Origin: an uncultured archaeon
Lineage (GTDB): Archaea > Asgardarchaeota > Thorarchaeia > Thorarchaeales > Thorarchaeaceae
Direction: 5' to 3'
Assembly (NCBI GenBank): GCA_964631415.1
Contig: CAZVZC010000035.1
Coordinates: forward strand, 1 to 21,368
Length of the DNA: 21,368 nucleotides
This document shows positions 6,363-18,432 of this stretch, one piece after another; the first letter of the stretch is position 1, and every line of letters starts with the position of its first letter. Position numbers and translations under genes: made by a program. The notes beneath the pieces are model-generated. The model made no database searches. It was not told the origin of the DNA and worked only from the letters and a program-made list of their open reading frames with translations.

Positions 6363-9300
6363 TTGGTCGTAGAAGAACGGGACAAGTACTGGCCGGTCAT
6401 GCAGGCCTACTTCTCCGAGTTTGGCCTTGTAGGCCAACACTTGGACTCATTCAATAGGTTTGTTCGCGAAGAGCTGCAGGAGATTGTTGCCAGTGTCGGC
6501 AGGTTGAGCCCAAAGGTTGAGGACTACTTTGTTGACCTTGGTGTCATCACTGTCGAGCCACCGTCTATCAGGGAGGCAGACGGCAGCGAGCACCCGCTCT
6601 TTCCTAACGAGGCGCGAATCAGGAACCTCACCTATGCGAGCAAGATGCACTTGGAGTGTACTCCAGTCCGCAAAGAGGGTTCTGTGACAACAAGAATGGA
6701 GACTCTCAGGATCTACATCGGTGACCTGCCTATCATGCTCAGAAGTGAGAAATGCCTCCTCCATGGTATGTCCGATGAGGAACTCATACGGCATGGAGAA
6801 GACCCCAAGGACCCTGGAGGGTACTTCATAATCAATGGGTCTGAACGCGTACTTGTCACACAGGAAGACTTGGCGCCAAACAGGATATTGATTGAGGAGG
6901 CCAGCAAGAGCTCAAGCTACACCCACATTGCGAAAGTCTTCTCAACTTCTCGCGGCTTCAGAGCACCAGTCACGATTGAGAGAAAGCGTACGGGAGAACT
7001 GAGGGTGTCTTTCCCATCTGTACCAGGCAAAATCCCCCTTGCCATTCTCATGAAGGCACTAGGTCTTGAGTCTGACAGAGACATAGCAGATGTGGTTTCA
7101 GATGACGAGGAAATCCGGAACGAGCTTATCGTCACGATCGAACAATCTGCGCCAATCAATGCCACACAGAATGAAGGTGAAACCTCCACTAGGATAAACG
7201 CATTGGACTTCATTGGCAAGCGTGTGGCTGTCGGACAGACCAAGGAGTATCGTCTTGCCCGAGCTGAGAAGGTGCTGGACAGGTATCTGTTGCCCCACAT
7301 TGGCACCGAGGACAAGCACAGGCTTCAGAAGGCCTACTACCTCGGTGAGATGGTCGAGCGTCTGCTGGAGCTAGTCATGAACAAACGTCAAGCGGATGAC
7401 AAGGACCACTATGCAAACAAGCGTCTCAAGCTCTCAGGCGACCTCCTGATGTCTCTCTTTCGAGTAGCACTGTACTCCCTCACCCGTGATATCAAGTATC
7501 AGCTGGAACGTACAGCCGTACGGGGCCGCAAGCCGAACATTCGTACTGCCGTGAGGGCGGATGTGATTACGCAGAGGCTGAAGCACGCGCTTGCGACTGG
7601 CAACTGGGTTGGTGGAAAGGCTGGTGTTTCTCAGCTCCTTGACCGTACAAACTATATTTCATGTCTGTCACACCTGCGGAGAGTAGTCTCCCCCCTGTCA
7701 CGGTCACAACCTCACTTTGAGGCGCGAGACCTCCACTCGACACACTGGGGCAAGATATGTCCCAATGAAACCCCTGAGGGGCCAAACTGTGGTCTGGTAA
7801 AGAACATCGCCATGATGGCATACATCTCAGTGGGCACAGTTGAGGAGGCTGTAGAGAGAGCCCTACTGAAGGCCGAGGTAGAGCCCATAGAGCGGTTGAA
7901 GGGCAGACGTGGTACAAAGGGTGCTGATGTCTTCCTGAATGGTCGTCTTGTGGGCATTCATCCTGCTCCGCAAGTGTTAGTCAAGACTATCCGTCAGAAA
8001 CGACGCACAGGAGAGATTGACCAAGAGGTCAACATCGCTTACTACGAGGACACACACGAGGTCCAAGTGAACAGTGATGCGGGTCGAGTCCGGCGTCCGG
8101 CGATTGTCGTTGAGAATGGTCGAAGTCGTTTGACGGATGAGCACCTCAGGATGATCAAGGATGGTGAGTGGGGTTTCATGGACCTTCTCAGGAATGGGAC
8201 TGTCGAATTCCTTGACGCCGAAGAAGAGGAGAACACACTCATAGCGATGTACGCGAGCGATATCGGTCCTCACACAACACACTTGGAGATAGCGCCCCCA
8301 ACTATACTCGGAATCTCTGCGGCGCTCATACCATTTCCTGAGAGAAATCAGTCGCCCCGCAACGTGTACATGGCTGGCATGGCAAAGCAGTCTGTTGGAG
8401 TGCCTGCGTCCAATTTCAAGTTCAGAGTCGACACCCGCGCACACTTCTTCCACTACCCGCAGAAACCCCTTGTCAAGACACGGGCCATGGACCCCATCGG
8501 CTATGAGGAGCGTCCCGCAGGACAGAACTTTGTGGTGGCAATACTGTCCTTTGAGGGGTACAACATTGAGGACGCGCTGATCATGAACAAGGCCTCTATC
8601 GAGAGGGGCCTAGGGCGAAGCACTTTCGCACGTGTCTACGAGAGTGAGGAGCGCAAGTACCCTGGTGGACAGGAGGACAGGTTTGAGGTCCCTGAAAGGA
8701 GCGTACGTGGATACAGAGCCTCAGAGTCGTACCGCAATCTGGGCGAGGATGGTATCATAGAGACCGAGGTCGAGGTGCAGGGCGGAGATGTCCTCATAGG
8801 CCGAACCTCACCACCTAGGTTCCTTGAGGAGTACTCCGAGTTCGAAATCCAGTCCCCCAACAGAAGAGAAACGTCTGTCGCAGTCCGTCATGGCGAGTCT
8901 GGTGTCGTAGACGGTGTCATACTGACTGAAACGATTGATGGTAACAGGCTCGTGAAGGTCAAGGTCAGAGACCTCAGAATCCCCGAACTCGGTGACAAAT
9001 ATGCATCACGTCACGGACAGAAGGGTGTGATTGGCTATGTGGCTCCTCAACAGGACCTACCGTTCACTGAGGATGGAGTAGTTCCAGACCTCGTGATCAA
9101 CCCACACGCCATACCCAGCCGGATGACCATTGGTCAAATCCTCGAGATGATTGCTGGCAAGGCCGCCGCAGTGGTTGGCAGACAACAGGACGCGACGCCA
9201 TTCTGTGGCGTGACTGAAGAGGAACTCTTCGAGATGCTAAAGAGTCATGGTCTCCAGCACAATGGCCGTGAGGTCATGTACTCTGGTATCACAGGTGAGA

Positions 9301-9728
9301 AGCTCAAGACTGACGTGTTCATCGGATGTATCATGTACCAGAAGCTGCATCACATGGTCGCTGACAAGATTCACGCCCGGGCGAGAGGTCCTGTCCAAAT
9401 CCTGACCCGGCAGCCGACGGAAGGCCGTGCACGTGAGGGTGGTCTGAGGTTTGGTGAGATGGAACGCGACGTTCTCATTGGTCATGGCGCAGCAATGCTG
9501 CTCAAGGGCAGACTGCTCGATGAGTCCGATAAGAGCAACATGCTGGTATGCGAAACCTGCGGGCTCATAGGCGTCTATGACCGCAACAAGGACGTGTATT
9601 ACTGCCCGATATGCGGCAGCGGAGCGAAGATCAGTAGTGTGGTCGTCTCATACGCGTTCAAACTGTTAATACAAGAGATGATGTCATTGGGACTGGCATG
9701 TAGACTCAGACTGAAGGAGATGATCTAG
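6363..9728 (+). CDS. rpoB: DNA-directed RNA polymerase subunit B (fused Rpo2)
   Basis: Motifs GGYFIINGSERV, ETPEGPNCGL, GDKYASRHGQKG, GGLRFGEMERD and a C-terminal Zn finger. TTG start after a GGTGA SD. Confidence 0.99.
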   Translation: MVVEERDKYWPVMQAYFSEFGLVGQHLDSFNRFVREELQEIVASVGRLSPKVEDYFVDLGVITVEPPSIREADGSEHPLFPNEARIRNLTYASKMHLECTPVRKEGSVTTRMETLRIYIGDLPIMLRSEKCLLHGMSDEELIRHGEDPKDPGGYFIINGSERVLVTQEDLAPNRILIEEASKSSSYTHIAKVFSTSRGFRAPVTIERKRTGELRVSFPSVPGKIPLAILMKALGLESDRDIADVVSDDEEIRNELIVTIEQSAPINATQNEGETSTRINALDFIGKRVAVGQTKEYRLARAEKVLDRYLLPHIGTEDKHRLQKAYYLGEMVERLLELVMNKRQADDKDHYANKRLKLSGDLLMSLFRVALYSLTRDIKYQLERTAVRGRKPNIRTAVRADVITQRLKHALATGNWVGGKAGVSQLLDRTNYISCLSHLRRVVSPLSRSQPHFEARDLHSTHWGKICPNETPEGPNCGLVKNIAMMAYISVGTVEEAVERALLKAEVEPIERLKGRRGTKGADVFLNGRLVGIHPAPQVLVKTIRQKRRTGEIDQEVNIAYYEDTHEVQVNSDAGRVRRPAIVVENGRSRLTDEHLRMIKDGEWGFMDLLRNGTVEFLDAEEEENTLIAMYASDIGPHTTHLEIAPPTILGISAALIPFPERNQSPRNVYMAGMAKQSVGVPASNFKFRVDTRAHFFHYPQKPLVKTRAMDPIGYEERPAGQNFVVAILSFEGYNIEDALIMNKASIERGLGRSTFARVYESEERKYPGGQEDRFEVPERSVRGYRASESYRNLGEDGIIETEVEVQGGDVLIGRTSPPRFLEEYSEFEIQSPNRRETSVAVRHGESGVVDGVILTETIDGNRLVKVKVRDLRIPELGDKYASRHGQKGVIGYVAPQQDLPFTEDGVVPDLVINPHAIPSRMTIGQILEMIAGKAAAVVGRQQDATPFCGVTEEELFEMLKSHGLQHNGREVMYSGITGEKLKTDVFIGCIMYQKLHHMVADKIHARARGPVQILTRQPTEGRAREGGLRFGEMERDVLIGHGAAMLLKGRLLDESDKSNMLVCETCGLIGVYDRNKDVYYCPICGSGAKISSVVVSYAFKLLIQEMMSLGLACRLRLKEMI

Positions 9729-9729
9729 G

Positions 9730-13586
<3,857 letters not shown>

Positions 13587-13690
13587 AGGCGTGTTCCACT
13601 GCGCAAGCATTAAAACCGGACAGCATATGGCACTACTGGTCCTAGGTCCATGAAACCACAGCAACATGATACTCAACGAGGTCGCTGAAC

Positions 13691-13984
13691 TTGAGCCTGA
13701 ATCAACCGATTGCAAGTGCAGTCAGCACGGGTGAGTGCAGGATAGGAGCAAGCTCATCCATCAAGGCGCTCCGCGCTGGTATTGTGAAACTGGTAGTAGT
13801 GGCCTCCAACTGCCCTAAGGAGGAGTACGAAGATATCAGTCACTATGCCAGTCTTACCGAAACCAAGATGTACAAGTTCGAGGGTACTTCCTGGGACCTT
13901 GGTGAAGTTGTCGGAAAACCATTCATGGTTTCCGCCATTGCCATCATAAAACCGGGTGACTCCAAGATTCTAAACATGGTATGA
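13691..13984 (+). CDS. rpl30e: 50S ribosomal protein L30e (eL30)
   Basis: KLVVVASNCP, GTSWDLGEVVGKPFMVS, PGDSKIL. Canonical position after rpoA2. Confidence 0.96.
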   Translation: MSLNQPIASAVSTGECRIGASSSIKALRAGIVKLVVVASNCPKEEYEDISHYASLTETKMYKFEGTSWDLGEVVGKPFMVSAIAIIKPGDSKILNMV

Positions 13985-13995
13985 GGAGAGTCCTC

Positions 13996-14430
13996 TTGCC
14001 CAAATTCAAGCTGTCCATGGATGACATGGCTCTGATTGCGACGTTCGAGAGCATAACTGGGGTATCCGCTGTAGACGTTGTCCGTGATGACGATAGTGAG
14101 CGCCTGATATTCGTCGTGCGTGCTAAACAGCTGGGAAAGGCGATAGGTAGGGACGGCGTGAGGGTGAGGACCGCAGCTGACGCTTTTGGCCGGACAGTCG
14201 ATGTCGTTGAAATGGCTGAAACTGCTGAGGACTTTGTCAAGAGTGCACTGGCACCAGCCCGCGTGGAACGCGTGAAGATAGTCGAACACAAGGACGGGAG
14301 CCTCGTCGCCAGCGTGACGGTCAAGGCTGAGGACAGAGGGGTTGCTATAGGACGTGAGGGCAGGAATGTCGCACGTGCTCGCATTCTTGCAAGGCGTCAT
14401 TTTGATCTGGACAACGTTGTAATCGCCTGA
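13996..14430 (+). CDS. nusA: Archaeal NusA (two KH domains)
   Basis: FESITG, GKAIGRDG, GVAIGREGRNV. Start placed at TTG 13996 after a GAGGAG SD; the ORF track gives 13981. Confidence 0.95.
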   Translation: MPKFKLSMDDMALIATFESITGVSAVDVVRDDDSERLIFVVRAKQLGKAIGRDGVRVRTAADAFGRTVDVVEMAETAEDFVKSALAPARVERVKIVEHKDGSLVASVTVKAEDRGVAIGREGRNVARARILARRHFDLDNVVIA

Positions 14431-14505
14431 CACCGACCTAAACCTGAGTTGTTGTCCTCCTCTTTACTCAAGGATGCAAAGAATGCCTCAGTCGGGTCAT
14501 AATGC

Positions 14506-14511
14506 TTTTAA
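14506..14511 (+). promoter_or_regulatory. Putative TATA box for rps12-rps7
   Basis: TTTTAA in the 160-nt nusA-rps12 gap, about 80 nt upstream of the start codon. Confidence 0.45.
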
Positions 14512-14590
14512 GGAAAGGGTCCGCGGGTGGTCTGACCCCCTCAGGTCGAGCCATACGTGTTTTGATCCTGAGAGCTAAGAGGTAGATCAC

Positions 14591-15034
14591 TTGACTCATT
14601 CAAAGTCGCCGCTCGGTGAGTTTGCTGCTAGGCCGCTCGCCTCCAAGCGAAGGAAGTTTGCGTGGAAGAAGCCCACTTACAAGAGCAGAGTGCTTGGCCT
14701 GAAGCGGAAAACCGACCCGCTGGAGGGAGCTCCTCAGGCACGTGGGATAGTCCTTGAGAAGGTCGGAGTCGAATGCAAGCAGCCGAACTCGGGTATTCGC
14801 AAAGCAGTCAGAGTTCAACTGTCAAAGAATGGCAAGCAGATCACTGCATTCATACCTGGCGATGGAGGACTCAAGTTCATTGACGAGCACGACGCCGTCA
14901 TCTTGGAGGGCATCGGTGGCGCCATGGGTGGTGCCTTCGGAGACCTCCCCGGTGTCAGGTGGCGCATAATTAAGGTCAATGGTGTCTGCCTTGAATCGCT
15001 GATCTATGGCAAGGTCGAGAAGCCTGTACGTTAG
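14591..15034 (+). CDS. rps12: 30S ribosomal protein S12 (uS12, archaeal/eukaryotic type)
   Basis: [40 protein letters not shown] start after a GAGGT SD. Confidence 0.98.
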   Translation: MTHSKSPLGEFAARPLASKRRKFAWKKPTYKSRVLGLKRKTDPLEGAPQARGIVLEKVGVECKQPNSGIRKAVRVQLSKNGKQITAFIPGDGGLKFIDEHDAVILEGIGGAMGGAFGDLPGVRWRIIKVNGVCLESLIYGKVEKPVR

Positions 15035-15043
15035 GTGATAATC

Positions 15044-15700
15044 ATGGCAGAAGAAGAGAAGACCGAGTCGACTCAGGCTCCTGAAGCACCAGCCCCACAT
15101 TCCAAGCCTCCTCTGCTGCTATTCGGCAAATGGAACTCCACCGAGGTCCAAGTGAAGGACGTCGGTCTCGAGAGGTATATCACGCTGAAGCCTGTGCTTA
15201 TCCCCCACACTGCGGGTCGACATGCAGACAAGAGGTTCCACAAGTCTGGTGTACCGATAGTGGAGCGTCTGGTGAACAAGGTCCTCAACGCAGGCGACCG
15301 TCATGAGAAGAAGATGCGGACTGGACGTAATGCTGGCAAGAAGGTGAAGGCAATCGCCTTCGTCAGGCGCGCCTTCGAGATGATAGACTTCAGGACTGGC
15401 CTGAACCCCATACAGGTCTTGGTAACCGCGATTGAGAATGCGGCTCTCGCCGAGGACACCACTCGTATCTCCTATGGTGGTATGGCCTATCCCCGCTCCG
15501 TAGATGTAGCCCCACAGCGGAGGGTGGACGTCGCATTGAGGTATATTGTAGTCGGGGCTGTGAGGACCTCGCACAACAACGCCAAGTCGCTTGAGGAATG
15601 TCTCGTCGACGAAATACTCCTCGCATTCAAGGGTGACATGGGAAGCTACGCCATTTCTAGAAAGGACGAGCGCGAGAGAGTAGCGAGATCAGCTCGTTAG
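15044..15700 (+). CDS. rps7: 30S ribosomal protein S7 (uS7)
   Basis: LLFGKW, PIVERLVN, NPIQVLV, VDVAPQRRVD, ERVARSAR. ATG after an AGGTGA SD. Confidence 0.98.
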   Translation: MAEEEKTESTQAPEAPAPHSKPPLLLFGKWNSTEVQVKDVGLERYITLKPVLIPHTAGRHADKRFHKSGVPIVERLVNKVLNAGDRHEKKMRTGRNAGKKVKAIAFVRRAFEMIDFRTGLNPIQVLVTAIENAALAEDTTRISYGGMAYPRSVDVAPQRRVDVALRYIVVGAVRTSHNNAKSLEECLVDEILLAFKGDMGSYAISRKDERERVARSAR

Positions 15701-15728
15701 AAGGCTTTGGCGCCAACATTTTACGAAT

Positions 15729-15751
15729 CTGGCAGGTCTTGTCAGTTTCTT
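15729..15751 (+). terminator. Putative terminator after rps7
   Basis: CTGGCA-GGTCT-TGTCAG hairpin followed by TTTCTT. Confidence 0.35.
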
Positions 15752-15864
15752 GCAACTATCGTTAGAATGTCCCTTTGACCAGCCCAAGTCATAAGACACA
15801 CCAATTCACGGCTACTAGTTGAGAGGGCGGACAACAGCTACTGAGAATTCGGTAATCTTGGACA

Positions 15865-16012
15865 TTCTCGAGTAGAAGCTCAAATGGCTTGAATCAGACA
15901 TCTCTCTGAAGCTGGTTCGACACATTTCAGCCCCAATGAGTACGACCCCAGTGCCGTTTCTGGGAGGGCAGAAACTCCTGTGTCCAACTCTGTCCAACTT
16001 ACAATGAACGGT
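15865..16012 (+). repeat. Dispersed ~148-nt structured element, copy 2
   Basis: Homologous to 3119-3266, with the identical 22-nt core at 15943-15964. Confidence 0.8.
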
Positions 16013-16177
16013 GGCGACACTGTGTACAACTGGATTCATCCAGACAATCGTGGCATTGTTTTGTTCCTGAGAAAGCGGGGCTACAAAGTGCTTAACCTGA
16101 TCGAAAGTCGTAGACCCCGAATGAATGAGAAACTGACTAGCCGGATTCAGGTTGGGGAGTATGAGTCCGATTACTGA
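16010..16177 (+). pseudogene. C-terminal fragment of a GNAT-family acetyltransferase
   Basis: GGDTVYNWIHPDNRGIVLFLRKRGY fits the GNAT C-terminal pattern (hxxxNxxxxxFxxKxG[FY]). The acetyl-CoA binding motif A and N-terminal half are absent, with the repeat in their place. Confidence 0.6.
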
Positions 16178-16191
16178 TGGATTCCGTAAGG

Positions 16192-16197
16192 TTTAAA
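16192..16197 (+). promoter_or_regulatory. Putative TATA box of tuf
   Basis: TTTAAA about 55 nt upstream of the ATG, with a GAGGT SD at 16241. Confidence 0.5.
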
Positions 16198-16248
16198 CCC
16201 AGACCAGTTGTTTTCCGCCTAGTTCAACCTAGTCTGAGTTGAGGTCAT

Positions 16249-17658
16249 ATGAGCAAAGAGAAAGGAAAGGCCGCAGCAGCACCAGCGGCGGCGCCTGCTA
16301 CACCGAGCAAAGAGAAAGGAAAGGCCGCAGCAGCACCAGCGGCGGCGCCTGCTGCACCGGGCAAAGAGAAAGGAAAAGAGCACCTCAACCTCGTCGTAAT
16401 TGGACACATCGATCACGGGAAGAGCACTCTTACCGGACGACTTCTGTACGAGGCCGGTGCACTTGACGAGAGGACCGTCGCAGCCAACAAGGCCGAGGCG
16501 GAGCGTCTTGGACGGCCTGAACAGGCTTGGGCCTTCGCGCTTGACAGGCTAAAGGAGGAGCGAGAGCGTGGCATCACTATTGACATCGCATTCTTCAAGT
16601 TCCTCACTCCAAAGTTCTACTACACTGTCATTGACGCGCCCGGCCACAGGGACTTCGTCAAGAACATGATAACTGGCGCGTCCCAAGCTGATGTCGCTAT
16701 GCTGGTCGTGTCTGCCAAGAGCGGTGAGTTCGAGTCCGGCGTTGGTCCTGGTGGTCAGACCAAGGAGCATGCATACCTTGCAATGACCCTTGGAGTCCCC
16801 AGTCTCATCGTCTGTATCAACAAGATGGATGAGGTCAAGTACAGCGAGGCCCGGTACAAAGAGGTCAAGGAAGAGGTCGGAGACTTCCTGAAGAGCATAG
16901 GGTACAAGGTCGACCAGATCCCGTTCATCCCGACCTCTGCGCTAGAGGCTGTGAACCTGAAGACGAAGACCCCCGCCAAGACCCCGTGGTACACCGGACC
17001 CAGTCTGCTGGAGGCCCTCGACGCAGTGACACTCCCTCCGAAGCCTATGGACAAGCCTCTGCGTGTGCCCATCAACGACGTGTACACGATCAAGGGTGTT
17101 GGAACAGTACCAGTCGGCCGTGTTGAGACCGGAGTCATGAAGCCAGGGCAGAAGATAGTCTTCATGCCACCTAACAAGTCAGGTGAAGTGAAGTCGATAG
17201 AGATGCACCACGAAACGCTGGCTCAGGCAATACCGGGTGACAACATAGGTTTCAACGTCAGGGGTATTGAGAGGAAGGACCTCACCCGTGGAGACGTCGC
17301 CGGACCTGTCGAGAAACCTCCGACGGTCGCAACGGACTTCACAGGCCAAGTGATGGTCATTCAGCACCCGACTGCAATCACTGTGGGCTACACCCCTGTC
17401 ATCCACGCCCACACTGCACAGGTCGCGGCTAGGTTCGACCAAATCACGAAGAAGATCGACCAGCGCACGGGCCAAGTCATCCAAGAGAACCCCGACTTCG
17501 TCAAGAGAGGCGAGAGCATGGTCGCCAAACTCGTCCCATTAAAGCCGTTGTGTCTCGAGAAGTACAAGGACATGCCCCAGCTGGGCAGGTTCGCAGTACG
17601 TGACATGGGTATGACCGTCGCAGTGGGTATCGTGCTCGACATCACCCCAAGGGCATAA
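16249..17658 (+). CDS. tuf: Translation elongation factor EF-1alpha with a repetitive N-terminal extension
   Basis: GHIDHGKST, ERERGITID, DAPGHRDF, NKMD, GTVPVGRVETG, LGRFAVRDM. Confidence 0.99.
   Translation: MSKEKGKAAAAPAAAPATPSKEKGKAAAAPAAAPAAPGKEKGKEHLNLVVIGHIDHGKSTLTGRLLYEAGALDERTVAANKAEAERLGRPEQAWAFALDRLKEERERGITIDIAFFKFLTPKFYYTVIDAPGHRDFVKNMITGASQADVAMLVVSAKSGEFESGVGPGGQTKEHAYLAMTLGVPSLIVCINKMDEVKYSEARYKEVKEEVGDFLKSIGYKVDQIPFIPTSALEAVNLKTKTPAKTPWYTGPSLLEALDAVTLPPKPMDKPLRVPINDVYTIKGVGTVPVGRVETGVMKPGQKIVFMPPNKSGEVKSIEMHHETLAQAIPGDNIGFNVRGIERKDLTRGDVAGPVEKPPTVATDFTGQVMVIQHPTAITVGYTPVIHAHTAQVAARFDQITKKIDQRTGQVIQENPDFVKRGESMVAKLVPLKPLCLEKYKDMPQLGRFAVRDMGMTVAVGIVLDITPRA
16251..16376 (+). 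repeat. 54-bp tandem repeat x2.3 in the 5' end of tuf
   Basis: Units 16251-16304 and 16305-16358 differ at one base. Partial third unit at 16359-16376. Confidence 0.95.
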
Positions 17659-17681
17659 GCGCATCAGAGTGATAACATAAT

Positions 17682-17717
17682 GGACCGGGCCGCACGGCCC
17701 GCGTCCCTCTACTTTTT
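17682..17717 (+). terminator. Hairpin plus T-tract terminator after tuf
   Basis: GGAC-CGGGCC-GCAC-GGCCCG-C-GTCC followed by CTCTACTTTTT. Confidence 0.65.
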
Positions 17718-17833
17718 CGCCACACCATCCGAGCAGTGACTAATCATCATCGCTGTCGGTGCTCTATGCTATGCTCACAGCCCTCAATCGCAACACTGAT
17801 TACGTTTCGTGGGCTCTCCAGCCCTCGACCGCT

Positions 17834-18259
17834 ATGATGGGTGACAGTGCACGCGGCTCGACAGGCAGCCAAGAAGAGAAGCCGACAAACCCTGCCCGGT
17901 GGATCGTCTTCGTCCTCCTGACCGTGATAGGTGTCCTTGTGATATACGGCACTCTGCTCGTTTCGTCCTACGAGGTGTTCTTCGGCTACACTGTCCTCAT
18001 GTTCCCACTCGTGATCTTGATGCTCTGTGCAGCGTTCCGCTGGGCGCAGGGCCATTCTATCGCACCAGTCGATGAGGCCCAAGACAGCGAAATCTTCGCC
18101 TCAATGACACGCCATGCTCTTCCTGCGCAGCAGACAGGCGGTATTGAGATGTTCCGCTGCCCAGAGTGCGGGATGTCGTTCGAACTCACAAATGCGACAC
18201 AGGTCGAGGACCATGTCGTACTGTGCCCTGTGTGTGGGGTGCGCCTGTTCATAGGATAG
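17834..18259 (+). CDS. Two-TM membrane protein with a C-terminal Zn ribbon
   Basis: Two hydrophobic segments, then CPECG-x16-CPVCG at the C terminus. Start chosen at ATG 17834/17837; the ORF track gives 17759. Confidence 0.75.
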   Translation: MMGDSARGSTGSQEEKPTNPARWIVFVLLTVIGVLVIYGTLLVSSYEVFFGYTVLMFPLVILMLCAAFRWAQGHSIAPVDEAQDSEIFASMTRHALPAQQTGGIEMFRCPECGMSFELTNATQVEDHVVLCPVCGVRLFIG

Positions 18260-18432
18260 GTCGTCCTAGGATTCCTGTCCAAACGCCACTTGGGGTCCAG
18301 TCTGTCACTTGCTGTGAGCATCTCTGTGACTTCTTGGGGGAGATGTAGCGGCCTCCTGTCATCCACAGCAGGAATGGCCAAGTCAGCAGGGGCCGCTACC
18401 CCGTCTTCACACGGCTCATCGCATTTTCTCAT

